This document shows, piece by piece, positions 37,396-47,173 of a stretch of 64,000 nt of DNA (position 1 is its first letter; each line of letters starts with the position of its first letter). The stretch lies in NCBI RefSeq assembly GCF_003334305.1, contig NZ_QOWS01000008.1. One strand, written 5' to 3'. This DNA is from Escherichia coli (GTDB taxonomy: Bacteria; Pseudomonadota; Gammaproteobacteria; Enterobacterales; Enterobacteriaceae). The position numbers and the translations under genes were made by a program. A model generated the notes under the pieces. That model saw only the letters and a program-made list of their open reading frames with translations. It had not been told where the DNA came from and made no database searches.

Positions 37396-38056
37396 GGCCC
37401 ACGCCTCCATGCAAGTGACCATCGCTCAGGGTGAGCATGCGATAGGAACGCCGTGAAATCAGGTTGATGTCGTGCGTTGCCATCAATACGGTTACCCCAA
37501 CGCGGTTAAACTCTTCAAACAGACGTAGAATCCCTTCCGACAACGCGTCGTCCAGGTTACCGGTCGGTTCGTCCGCCAGCAGTACCGCGGGCTTATTCAC
37601 CACCGCGCGGGCAATGCCAACACGCTGTTGTTCACCGCCGGAAAGCTGAATAGGGAAGTTCTTCGCTTTGTCCAGTAGCCCGACTTTATCCAGTGCCGCC
37701 GACACCCGGCGACGAATATCGTCACCGCTGGCACCAGCGATAATCAGCGGGATCGCCACGTTATCGTAGACAGTACGGTCCATCAGTAGATGGTGATCCT
37801 GGAAAATCATGCCAATCTGGCGGCGCAGAAACGGAACTTCACGGTTTTTCAGACGCGTGATGTCATGGCCGCTAAACCAGATTTTCCCGGCGCTGGGCCG
37901 CTCAATCCCACAGATCAGCTTCAGGAGGGTACTTTTCCCTGCGCCGGAATGACCGGTCAGAAACGCCATCTCACCCGGCTGCATATGGAACGTAACGCCC
38001 TGCAGCGCCTGTCTCCCACCGAGATAAGCCTTGCTGACATGTTCAAAGCGAATCAT
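37388..38056 (-). CDS. ftsE: cell division ATP-binding protein
   Basis: 222-aa [50 protein letters not shown]. Confidence 0.96.
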
Positions 38057-38058
38057 TG

Positions 38059-39552
38059 TTAATCCTCTCGGGCAAAAAGTGCCTCTATAAAGTCGTCCGC
38101 CTTAAACGGACGCAAATCCTCAATACGTTCGCCGACACCAATGTAGCGGATAGGGATACCAAACTGGTCAGCCACCGAGAAAATTACCCCGCCTTTCGCC
38201 GTGCCGTCCAGTTTCGTTAGCGTGATGCCGGTTAAGCCAACAGCTTCGTGGAACAGTTTGGCCTGGCTTACCGCGTTCTGCCCGGTGCTGGCATCAATAG
38301 TCAGCATAACTTCATGCGGCGCTTCAACGTCGAGTTTCTTCATCACGCGGACGATTTTCTTCAACTCTTCCATCAGATGCGATTTGTTCTGCAGACGTCC
38401 GGCGGTATCGGCAATCAGGACGTCGATATTACGCGCTTTAGCTGCCTGAATGGCGTCGAAGATAACAGAGGCGGAATCCGCACCAGTATGCTGGGCAATC
38501 ACCGGAATATTGTTGCGCTGACCCCAGACCTGAAGCTGTTCAACCGCTGCTGCACGGAAAGTATCGCCCGCCGCCAGCATCACCGATTTACCCTGCTGCT
38601 CAAACTGACGCGCCAGCTTACCAATCGTCGTGGTTTTACCCACACCGTTGACGCCCACCATCAGGATCACGAACGGCGTTTTACCTTCAACATTCAGCGG
38701 CTCATCGACTTTCGCCAGAATCTCGCCCATCTCTTCTTTCAGCAGGCCATAGAGCGCCTCGGCATCACGAAGCTGCTTGCGGGATGCGCCTTCCGTCAGA
38801 TTGGTGATAATTTTACGTGTGGTTTCCACGCCCACATCGGCGATCAACAGCTGTTCTTCCAGCTCCTCAAACAGATCATCGTCGATTTTTTTACCGCGGA
38901 ACAGGCTGATAAATCCGGAACCGAGATTTTCTTTGGTTTTTAACAGGCTGCGTTTCAGGCGCGCGAAGAAACCTTCTTTGGTCGGTTTTTCCTGCTCCTG
39001 AGCGATTTCTTCCACCGGCTGCTCTTCTACCGGAGGAACCACCATCACCGCCTCTTCTGCCGCTTCGGCAGCCAGCGCCTGTGCTTCCAGCTCTTCGTCG
39101 GTGATTTCTTCTTTAGCCGCTTCTTCTTCCGCCGCTTCGACAATCTCTACGGTTTCCGCTTCAGCCTGCCACTCTTCTGGCGAAACCTCTTCGGCGTTGA
39201 CGTCTTCCGGCAACGGCAGCTCTTCACGCTCGATAGCCACTGGCTCCGGCGTTTCTTCTACGACCGGTTCCGGCTGTGCAACGACTTCCGCTTCAGGCTG
39301 CGCTTTTTCACTTTCAGCAACCTGTTCAGTGACTTCCACAACGTCGGCAGCAAAAGTTTCCGCCTCGGCTTCAGTATGCGCCTGCGGCTGCTCTTCGACG
39401 GCTTGTTCAGAAGCCTTCACAGGCTCTTGCGCCTGAACGATTTCTTCTACAACCGGTTGTTCATTCTGAACTTCTGTCTCTTTTTCCGGGGTCTGCTCTT
39501 TTTGACCAAAGCCCAGCCAGGAAAAAAAGCCACGTTTTTTTTCTTTCGCCAT
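38059..39552 (-). CDS. ftsY: signal recognition particle receptor
   Basis: 497-aa ORF; acidic repetitive N-terminal A domain followed by SRP-GTPase NG domain (GVNGVGKTT, DTAGR). Confidence 0.96.
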   Translation of the reverse strand: MAKEKKRGFFSWLGFGQKEQTPEKETEVQNEQPVVEEIVQAQEPVKASEQAVEEQPQAHTEAEAETFAADVVEVTEQVAESEKAQPEAEVVAQPEPVVEETPEPVAIEREELPLPEDVNAEEVSPEEWQAEAETVEIVEAAEEEAAKEEITDEELEAQALAAEAAEEAVMVVPPVEEQPVEEIAQEQEKPTKEGFFARLKRSLLKTKENLGSGFISLFRGKKIDDDLFEELEEQLLIADVGVETTRKIITNLTEGASRKQLRDAEALYGLLKEEMGEILAKVDEPLNVEGKTPFVILMVGVNGVGKTTTIGKLARQFEQQGKSVMLAAGDTFRAAAVEQLQVWGQRNNIPVIAQHTGADSASVIFDAIQAAKARNIDVLIADTAGRLQNKSHLMEELKKIVRVMKKLDVEAPHEVMLTIDASTGQNAVSQAKLFHEAVGLTGITLTKLDGTAKGGVIFSVADQFGIPIRYIGVGERIEDLRPFKADDFIEALFARED

Positions 39553-39701
39553 TTGCGACTACACTCCTCGCTGTTGCTTCATGGCACAGCGTTAACGCTA
39601 TGTACATAGCAGCTAAAAAAATGATGAAATAGTCTATCACTTAACTTAATTCACATCACCGCCTGCAAGTATGTGTTATCTGGCGGATTGAGCAATTTAT
39701 C

Positions 39702-40298
39702 ATGAAAAAACCGAATCATTCCGGCAGCGGCCAAATCCGCATTATTGGCGGGCAGTGGCGAGGCCGTAAACTCCCGGTTCCTGATAGCCCAGGTCTGCGC
39801 CCCACCACCGACCGCGTACGCGAAACGTTGTTTAACTGGCTGGCTCCGGTCATTGTTGACGCCCAATGTCTGGATTGCTTCGCCGGGAGCGGCGCGCTGG
39901 GGCTGGAAGCGTTATCGCGCTACGCTGCGGGGGCCACGTTGATTGAGATGGATCGCGCAGTTTCTCAGCAGTTAATTAAGAATCTGGCGACACTAAAAGC
40001 AGGCAATGCACGCGTGGTGAACAGCAACGCAATGTCATTCCTGGCGCAAAAAGGCACACCGCATAATATCGTGTTTGTCGATCCACCGTTCCGCCGTGGC
40101 TTGTTAGAAGAGACGATAAATTTACTGGAAGATAACGGCTGGCTGGCTGACGAAGCCCTGATTTATGTCGAAAGCGAAGTCGAAAACGGTCTGCCCACTG
40201 TTCCGGCAAACTGGTCATTACATCGGGAAAAAGTGGCGGGTCAGGTGGCTTATCGGCTGTATCAACGCGAAGCACAAGGAGAAAGTGATGCTGATTAA
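39702..40298 (+). CDS. rsmD: 16S rRNA (guanine966-N2)-methyltransferase
   Basis: 198-aa ORF MKKPNHSGSGQIRIIGGQWRGRKLPVPDSPGLRPTTDRVRETLFNWL; DPPF motif. Confidence 0.94.
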   Translation: MKKPNHSGSGQIRIIGGQWRGRKLPVPDSPGLRPTTDRVRETLFNWLAPVIVDAQCLDCFAGSGALGLEALSRYAAGATLIEMDRAVSQQLIKNLATLKAGNARVVNSNAMSFLAQKGTPHNIVFVDPPFRRGLLEETINLLEDNGWLADEALIYVESEVENGLPTVPANWSLHREKVAGQVAYRLYQREAQGESDAD

Positions 40299-40557
40299 TA
40301 TTGGTCGTTTGTTAATGCTCTGCGTTTGGGGATTTTTAATCCTCAATCTGGTGCATCCCTTCCCGCGCCCGCTGAATATTTTCGTTAACGTGGCGCTGAT
40401 TTTTACCGTGCTGATGCATGGTATGCAACTGGCGCTATTGAAATCCACTTTACCGAAAGATGGCCCGCAGATGACCACCGCCGAAAAGGTGCGGATTTTC
40501 CTTTTCGGCGTGTTTGAACTGCTGGTCTGGCAGAAGAAATTTAAAGTTAAAAAATAA
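40288..40557 (+). CDS. yhhL: small inner membrane protein (DUF1145)
   Basis: 89-aa hydrophobic ORF MLINIGRLLMLCVWGFLILNLVHPF starting at ATG 40288, overlapping the last 11 nt of rsmD in another frame. Confidence 0.8.
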   Translation: MLINIGRLLMLCVWGFLILNLVHPFPRPLNIFVNVALIFTVLMHGMQLALLKSTLPKDGPQMTTAEKVRIFLFGVFELLVWQKKFKVKK

Positions 40558-40559
40558 CC

Positions 40560-40919
40560 TTATTGTTCGCCTACAAAGCTGACAAAGCGCGTTCCTTTAT
40601 AGCTCAGCGTACCTTTATCGCCCACTGTCAGGGCGTGGTACTGCTGGGCGTCGAGGCGAAACGTCTGCTCCATTCCTCCGCTTTGCGGTTTGAAGCTTGC
40701 CTCATAGCGCATACTGGTGCCTGCCGGAGTCACTTCCTGCTGGCGCGAACGGCGATCGTTAATCGGTTTTTCCCGCTTGTTGCTCACCACCACCAGCTTT
40801 TGCTGGAGCGGAGCCATATCATTATCAGCTTTTTCCCGTCGCTGTTGCATAAAACGAAACGATGCGGCGACGACAATTAAGCCAATGATAACAATAAAGA
40901 AAAGAGGTGGTTTGCTCAT
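40560..40919 (-). CDS. yhhM: membrane-anchored protein (DUF2500)
   Basis: 119-aa ORF MSKPPLFFIVIIGLIVVAASFRFMQQRREKADN. Confidence 0.88.
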   Translation of the reverse strand: MSKPPLFFIVIIGLIVVAASFRFMQQRREKADNDMAPLQQKLVVVSNKREKPINDRRSRQQEVTPAGTSMRYEASFKPQSGGMEQTFRLDAQQYHALTVGDKGTLSYKGTRFVSFVGEQ

Positions 40920-41059
40920 CTTTATCCCTCATCGGAAAATGCGGAAATAAGCATACCCTGCCAGTTATGGTGTTGTCATCCGTCCACCCTCGCCACTAAA
41001 CTGGAAGCAAGACCGTAGGCATTCCGCTTACGAAAAAATAACGAATTCAAGGAACTAAG

Positions 41060-41686
41060 ATGCTTTGGTCGTTTATCGCTGTCTGTCTTTCCGCATGGCT
41101 ATCTGTGGATGCATCGTATCGTGGGCCAACCTGGCAACGCTGGGTGTTTAAACCGTTAACCCTTCTTCTCCTGCTGTTACTGGCCTGGCAAGCGCCGATG
41201 TTCGACGCCATTAGCTATCTGGTGCTGGCAGGGCTGTGCGCCTCACTGCTGGGCGATGCGCTAACCCTGTTGCCACGTCAACGTCTGATGTACGCCATCG
41301 GCGCGTTTTTCCTCTCGCACCTGCTGTACACCATCTATTTCGCCAGTCAGATGACGCTCTCTTTCTTCTGGCCTCTGCCACTGGTGTTGCTGGTTCTGGG
41401 TGCGCTGCTACTGGCGATTATCTGGACGCGGCTGGAAGAGTACCGTTGGCCTATCTGCACGTTTATCGGCATGACGCTGGTGATGGTGTGGCTGGCAGGT
41501 GAACTGTGGTTCTTCCGTCCGACCGCTCCGGCGCTCTCTGCGTTTGTTGGCGCTTCGTTGCTGTTTATCAGTAACTTTGTCTGGCTGGGGAGCCACTATC
41601 GCCGACGCTTCCGTGCGGATAACGCGATTGCTGCGGCCTGCTACTTTGCCGGTCACTTCCTCATCGTCCGCTCGCTGTATCTCTGA
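41060..41686 (+). CDS. yhhN: YhhN-family (TMEM86-like) integral membrane protein
   Basis: 208-aa polytopic membrane [47 protein letters not shown]. Confidence 0.9.
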
Positions 41687-41692
41687 TAAAAC

Positions 41693-41724
41693 TTGACTCT
41701 GGAGTCGACTCCAGAGTGTATCCT
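41693..41724 (+). promoter_or_regulatory. zntA promoter with ZntR (MerR-type) operator
   Basis: TTGACT -35 overlapping a perfect 22-bp palindrome ACTCTGGAGTCGACTCCAGAGT, with a TATCCT -10-like hexamer 20 bp downstream of the -35; long-spacer MerR-family architecture 35 nt upstream of zntA. Confidence 0.75.
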
Positions 41725-41759
41725 TCGGTTAATGAGAAAAAACTTAACCGGAGGATGCC

Positions 41760-43958
41760 ATGTCGACTCCTGACAATCACGGCAAGAAAGCCCCTCAATT
41801 TGCTGCGTTCAAACCGCTAACTGCGGTACAGAACGCCAACGACTGTTGCTGCGACGGCGCATGTTCCAGCTCGCCAACGCTCTCTGAAAACGTCTCCGGC
41901 ACCCGCTATAGCTGGAAAGTCAGCGGCATGGACTGCGCCGCCTGTGCGCGCAAGGTAGAAAATGCTGTGCGCCAGCTTGCAGGCGTGAATCAGGTGCAGG
42001 TGTTGTTCGCCACCGAAAAACTGGTGGTCGATGCCGACAATGACATTCGTGCACAAGTTGAATCTGCGGTGCAAAAAGCAGGCTATTCCCTGCGCGATGA
42101 ACAGGCCGCCGAAGAACCGCAAGCATCACGCCTGAAAGAGAATCTGTCGCTGATTACGCTAATCGTGATGATGGCAATCAGCTGGGGTCTGGAGCAGTTC
42201 AATCATCCGTTCGGGCAACTGGCGTTTATCGCGACCACGCTGGTTGGGCTGTACCCGATTGCTCGTCAGGCATTACGGCTGATCAAATCAGGCAGTTACT
42301 TCGCCATTGAAACGTTAATGAGCGTAGCCGCTATTGGTGCGCTGTTTATTGGCGCAACGGCTGAAGCTGCGATGGTGTTGCTGCTGTTTTTGATTGGTGA
42401 ACGACTGGAAGGTTGGGCCGCCAGCCGCGCGCGTCAGGGCGTCAGCGCGTTAATGGCGCTGAAACCAGAAAACGCCACGCGCCTGCGTAACGGTGAGCGT
42501 GAAGAGGTGGCAATTAACAGCCTGCGCCCTGGCGATGTGATTGAAGTTGCGGCGGGTGGGCGTTTGCCTGCCGACGGTAAACTGCTCTCACCCTTTGCCA
42601 GTTTTGATGAAAGCGCCCTGACCGGCGAATCCATTCCGGTGGAGCGTGCGACGGGCGATAAAGTTCCTGCAGGCGCCACCAGCGTAGACCGTCTGGTGAC
42701 GTTGGAAGTATTGTCCGAACCGGGAGCCAGCGCCATTGACCGGATTCTGAAACTGATCGAAGAAGCCGAAGAGCGTCGCGCTCCCATTGAGCGGTTTATC
42801 GACCGTTTCAGCCGCATTTATACGCCAGCAATTATGGCCGTCGCCCTGCTGGTAACGCTGGTGCCGCCGCTGCTGTTTGCCGCCAGCTGGCAAGAGTGGA
42901 TTTATAAAGGCCTGACGCTGCTGCTGATTGGCTGCCCGTGTGCGTTAGTTATCTCCACGCCCGCGGCGATTACCTCCGGGCTGGCAGCAGCGGCACGTCG
43001 TGGGGCGTTGATTAAAGGCGGAGCGGCGCTGGAACAGCTGGGTCGTGTTACTCAGGTGGCGTTTGATAAAACCGGTACGCTGACCGTCGGTAAACCGCGC
43101 GTTACCGCGATTCATCCGGCAACGGGTATTAGTGAATCTGAACTGCTGACACTGGCGGCGGCGGTCGAGCAAGGCGCGACGCATCCACTGGCGCAGGCCA
43201 TCGTACGCGAAGCACAGGTTGCTGAACTCGCCATTCCCACCGCCGAATCACAGCGGGCGCTGGTCGGGTCTGGCATTGAAGCGCAGGTTAACGGTGAGCG
43301 CGTATTGATTTGCGCTGCCGGGAAACATCCCGCTGATGCATTTGCTGGTTTGATTAATGAACTGGAAAGCGCCGGGCAAACGGTTGTGCTGGTAGTACGT
43401 AATGATGACGTGCTGGGTATCATTGCATTGCAGGATACCCTGCGCGCCGACGCAGCAACTGCCATCAGTGAACTGAACGCGCTGGGGGTTAAAGGAGTGA
43501 TCCTCACCGGCGATAATCCACGCGCAGCGGCGGCAATTGCCGGGGAGCTGGGGCTGGAGTTTAAAGCGGGCCTATTGCCGGAAGATAAAGTCAAAGCGGT
43601 GACCAAGCTGAATCAACATGCGCCCCTGGCGATGGTCGGTGATGGTATTAACGACGCGCCAGCGATGAAAGCTGCCGCCATTGGGATTGCAATGGGCAGT
43701 GGCACAGACGTGGCGCTGGAAACCGCCGACGCAGCATTAACCCATAACCACCTGCGCGGCCTGGTGCAAATGATTGAACTGGCACGCGCCACTCACGCCA
43801 ATATCCGCCAGAACATCACTATTGCGCTGGGGCTGAAAGGGATCTTCCTCGTCACCACGCTGCTAGGGATGACCGGACTATGGCTGGCGGTGCTGGCAGA
43901 TACCGGTGCGACCGTGCTGGTAACAGCGAATGCGTTAAGATTGTTGCGCAGGAGATAA
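41760..43958 (+). CDS. zntA: Zn/Cd/Pb-exporting P1B-type ATPase
   Basis: 732-aa ORF; N-terminal GMDCAACARKVE metal-binding motif, membrane CPC motif, DKTGT phosphorylation site, GDGINDAPA. Confidence 0.96.
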   Translation: MSTPDNHGKKAPQFAAFKPLTAVQNANDCCCDGACSSSPTLSENVSGTRYSWKVSGMDCAACARKVENAVRQLAGVNQVQVLFATEKLVVDADNDIRAQVESAVQKAGYSLRDEQAAEEPQASRLKENLSLITLIVMMAISWGLEQFNHPFGQLAFIATTLVGLYPIARQALRLIKSGSYFAIETLMSVAAIGALFIGATAEAAMVLLLFLIGERLEGWAASRARQGVSALMALKPENATRLRNGEREEVAINSLRPGDVIEVAAGGRLPADGKLLSPFASFDESALTGESIPVERATGDKVPAGATSVDRLVTLEVLSEPGASAIDRILKLIEEAEERRAPIERFIDRFSRIYTPAIMAVALLVTLVPPLLFAASWQEWIYKGLTLLLIGCPCALVISTPAAITSGLAAAARRGALIKGGAALEQLGRVTQVAFDKTGTLTVGKPRVTAIHPATGISESELLTLAAAVEQGATHPLAQAIVREAQVAELAIPTAESQRALVGSGIEAQVNGERVLICAAGKHPADAFAGLINELESAGQTVVLVVRNDDVLGIIALQDTLRADAATAISELNALGVKGVILTGDNPRAAAAIAGELGLEFKAGLLPEDKVKAVTKLNQHAPLAMVGDGINDAPAMKAAAIGIAMGSGTDVALETADAALTHNHLRGLVQMIELARATHANIRQNITIALGLKGIFLVTTLLGMTGLWLAVLADTGATVLVTANALRLLRRR

Positions 43959-43964
43959 GGCAAA

Positions 43965-44028
43965 CCGATCGCAACATTGAGCGCGATCGGTCCCCTCGCT
44001 CCTCTGGGGAGAGGGTTAGGGTGAGGGG
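43965..44028. repeat. GC-rich hairpin plus inverted-repeat element in zntA-tusA spacer (probable convergent terminators / dispersed repeat)
   Basis: CCGATCGC-N10-GCGATCGG 8-bp stem hairpin followed by CCCCTCGCTCCTCTGGGGAGAGGGTTAGGGTGAGGGG with internal CCCCTC/GAGGGG symmetry. Confidence 0.45.
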
Positions 44029-44059
44029 AAAAGGCGGCATCGAAGCCAATCTTTCCCCA

Positions 44060-44305
44060 TCAACCGCCTTTACGAATCAAATAACGATAAGGCAGTCCAT
44101 CCGTCTCTTTCGCAACCAGTTCGTGTTCCATAAAGGTACAAAACCCAGGAATATCGCGGGTCGTCGCCGGATCGTCGGCGATAATCAGTAAAGTTTCGCC
44201 AGGCTGCATATTGCGCACGGTTTTGCGCACCATCATCACCGGTTCCGGGCAGCGCAGGCCAAGCGCGTCGAGTGTGTGGTCAGGGCTGGAAAAGAGATCG
44301 GTCAT
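44060..44305 (-). CDS. tusA: sulfur carrier protein TusA
   Basis: 81-aa [36 protein letters not shown] with the CPxP active-site motif. Confidence 0.95.
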
Positions 44306-44525
44306 TTTCTTCTCATCACTTAAAAAAACGGCGCTAGTTTACGCCCTGTGAGTCCGTAAGCAAACCAGGTTAACGATTGCGTGAAAATTAACCATTGCAT
44401 TGTCAACGTAAAGCAGTATCATGCGGCGGCTCGAAAAAAGGGTAAGCACGTTATTATGTTAAGATAACAGACGTGTCGTACGTATTGGGTTCCCTCACCC
44501 CAATGGTTAATCAAAAAGGTACAAT

Positions 44526-45191
44526 ATGAACGTTTTCTCGCAAACTCAACGCTATAAGGCGTTGTTCTGGTTATCGTTATTTCATCTGCTGGTGATCACC
44601 TCCAGTAACTATCTGGTCCAGCTTCCGGTCTCCATTTTTGGTTTTCATACCACCTGGGGCGCGTTTAGTTTTCCGTTTATCTTTCTCGCGACCGACCTGA
44701 CCGTGCGTATTTTTGGCGCACCGCTGGCCCGACGCATTATCTTCGCGGTAATGATCCCTGCGTTATTAATCTCCTATGTCATCTCGTCGCTGTTCTATAT
44801 GGGTTCATGGCAGGGATTCGGCGCACTCGCCCACTTCAACCTGTTTGTCGCCCGTATCGCCACCGCCAGTTTCATGGCCTACGCGCTGGGGCAAATCCTC
44901 GACGTGCACGTTTTTAACCGCCTGCGTCAAAGTCGCCGCTGGTGGCTGGCACCGACAGCGTCCACACTGTTCGGTAACGTCAGTGACACGCTGGCCTTTT
45001 TCTTCATTGCCTTCTGGCGTAGCCCGGATGCCTTTATGGCTGAACACTGGATGGAAATCGCGCTGGTCGATTACTGTTTCAAAGTGTTAATCAGTATCGT
45101 TTTCTTCCTGCCAATGTATGGCGTATTACTCAATATGCTGTTGAAAAGACTGGCAGATAAATCCGAAATCAACGCTTTGCAGGCGAGTTAA
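44526..45191 (+). CDS. yhhQ: queuosine-precursor transporter (YhhQ family)
   Basis: 221-aa membrane ORF MNVFSQTQRYKALFWLSLFHLLVITSSNYLVQLPV. Confidence 0.9.
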   Translation: MNVFSQTQRYKALFWLSLFHLLVITSSNYLVQLPVSIFGFHTTWGAFSFPFIFLATDLTVRIFGAPLARRIIFAVMIPALLISYVISSLFYMGSWQGFGALAHFNLFVARIATASFMAYALGQILDVHVFNRLRQSRRWWLAPTASTLFGNVSDTLAFFFIAFWRSPDAFMAEHWMEIALVDYCFKVLISIVFFLPMYGVLLNMLLKRLADKSEINALQAS

Positions 45192-45263
45192 AGGTTCGTT
45201 ATCAGAGTTGTGATAAGATGGATGAATGAGCCGTTATGGCCGTTTATCGAAAGGAAGAAGTCA

Positions 45264-45821
45264 ATGCGCAATCTGGTTAAATATGTCGGAATTGGCCTGC
45301 TGGTTATGGGGCTTGCGGCCTGTGATGATAAAGACACTAACGCTACGGCGCAGGGTTCGGTCGCGGAAAGTAACGCTACCGGGAATCCCGTCAACCTGCT
45401 TGATGGCAAGTTAAGTTTCTCGCTGCCAGCGGATATGACCGACCAGAGCGGTAAGCTGGGAACGCAGGCCAATAACATGCATGTCTGGTCCGACGCCACC
45501 GGGCAGAAAGCAGTCATCGTCATCATGGGCGATGATCCGAAAGAAGATCTGGCGGTGCTGGCGAAGCGTCTGGAAGATCAGCAACGTAGCCGCGATCCGC
45601 AGCTGCAAGTGGTAACCAATAAAGCCATTGAGCTGAAAGGTCACAAAATGCAGCAGTTAGACAGTATTATCTCCGCGAAAGGCCAGACGGCGTACTCTTC
45701 CGTTATTCTGGGTAACGTGGGTAATCAACTGCTGACCATGCAAATTACGCTGCCCGCTGACGATCAGCAAAAAGCGCAGACCACCGCAGAAAACATCATT
45801 AATACGCTGGTTATTCAGTAA
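45264..45821 (+). CDS. dcrB: periplasmic lipoprotein DcrB
   Basis: Recognised protein starts [24 protein letters not shown] (lipobox LAAC) at ATG 45264 (185 aa), preceded by AGGAAGAAG. Confidence 0.9.
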
Positions 45822-45824
45822 GTT

Positions 45825-47042
45825 TTAAGATGATGAGGCGGCCTCAGGGACGTGTTCCGGAGGCCGTTTTTTTAATCGCCACGTCAGTAATAACGCGATT
45901 GCGACCAGTCCCGCCGCCGCCAGATAAATCACCGGTACGCCCGCCCAGCTCATCACCAGCCCAGCCAGTGGTCCAGTCACGCCAAGCGATAAATCCATAA
46001 ATACGGTGTAAGTTGCCAGCGCCGCCCCCTGATTTTGCTGCGGAACCGCTTTTACCGCCACTACACCCAATGCCGGGAACACCAGCGAAAACCCGGCCCC
46101 CGCCAGTAAGACGCCGATTTTCGCCATCCACGGCATAGTCGCCACGCCAACCAGTAGCAGGCCGATTATCTCAACGCTAAAGCAAATCATCGCTACGTTT
46201 AAGCCACCGATACGGTTAATGCCGTTAGGGAATAACAAACGCGTACCGACAAACGCACAGCTAAACAGCGTCAGCGCGAAAGCCGCACCGTCCCAACCTT
46301 TAGCGTCATAAAACAGCGTGATAAAGGTGGCGATGACGCCAAATCCGGCGGAAGCCAGTGCCAGCGCCATACCGTACAGCCAGACGCTCCCAAGCACCGC
46401 GCGAAACGGCAGCGGTTTGCCTTTACTGGCTTTTACCGTCGGACGCGGGATCGCCAACAAAATGGCCACCAGCGCCACGCCCATAATGATTAACGCTAAC
46501 GCCTGCAAGCCGCCCCAGTGATAAAACACGACGCCTAACGGCGCACCCATCGCCATCGCCCCGTAAGTGACAATGCCGTTCCACGAAATCACCCGCCCGA
46601 TATGCAGCGAGCCAACCACGCCAACGCCCCACAGGGTCGATCCCGTTCCGGCAAAACTTTGCCCAATCCCAAGGATGACGCGCCCCAGGCAAAGTAATAA
46701 CAGGCTGATGACAGGCAGACTGGCGGTTAATCCTGCCGTCAGATACCCCAGACCGCTCAAAAAGCAGCCGCATAAACCGAAGACGACAATCTTTTTGGGT
46801 CCCAGCAAATCGGCATAACGTCCGGCATGAGGGCGGCTCAGCAAGGTGGCGAAATATTGCAGGCTGATAACCAATCCTGCCCAGAAAGCGCTAAAGCCCA
46901 TCACATCATGGACATAGCCCGGTAATACAGCGAGCGGCAACCCGATGGTGAGGTAGCTGGCGAAGTTAAACATGACAATGGAGACAATGCGCAAATTCAG
47001 GCGCAATCCGTTTAGCGCGGGTTCGGCTACGGGTTCGGGCAT
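45825..47042 (-). CDS. yhhS: MFS transporter
   Basis: Recognised protein starts MPEPVAEPALNGLRLNLRIVSIVMFNF at ATG 47042 (405 aa); 12 predicted TM segments by eye. Confidence 0.9.
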   Translation of the reverse strand: MPEPVAEPALNGLRLNLRIVSIVMFNFASYLTIGLPLAVLPGYVHDVMGFSAFWAGLVISLQYFATLLSRPHAGRYADLLGPKKIVVFGLCGCFLSGLGYLTAGLTASLPVISLLLLCLGRVILGIGQSFAGTGSTLWGVGVVGSLHIGRVISWNGIVTYGAMAMGAPLGVVFYHWGGLQALALIIMGVALVAILLAIPRPTVKASKGKPLPFRAVLGSVWLYGMALALASAGFGVIATFITLFYDAKGWDGAAFALTLFSCAFVGTRLLFPNGINRIGGLNVAMICFSVEIIGLLLVGVATMPWMAKIGVLLAGAGFSLVFPALGVVAVKAVPQQNQGAALATYTVFMDLSLGVTGPLAGLVMSWAGVPVIYLAAAGLVAIALLLTWRLKKRPPEHVPEAASSS

Positions 47043-47173
47043 GAGGATCACCACATTTTTACAACAGTGTTTCATTTTTACCATGTGCTGACGTGAAAAT
47101 CAGCAGTAAGAATCAGAATATTGCTGGCGTGACTCCCGCTACACTTAATACAAAAAGTCACAAGGAAGCCCCA

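Noticed and set aside
38248-38943. 231-aa plus-strand ORF
   Set aside because: Antisense within ftsY NG domain; shadow ORF.
39101-39436. 111-aa Ser/Ala/Thr-rich plus-strand ORF
   Set aside because: Artefact of the repetitive acidic-domain coding sequence of ftsY read on the opposite strand.
43112-43606. 164-aa minus-strand ORF
   Set aside because: Antisense within zntA; Ala/Ser-rich low-complexity translation typical of GC-rich antisense frames.
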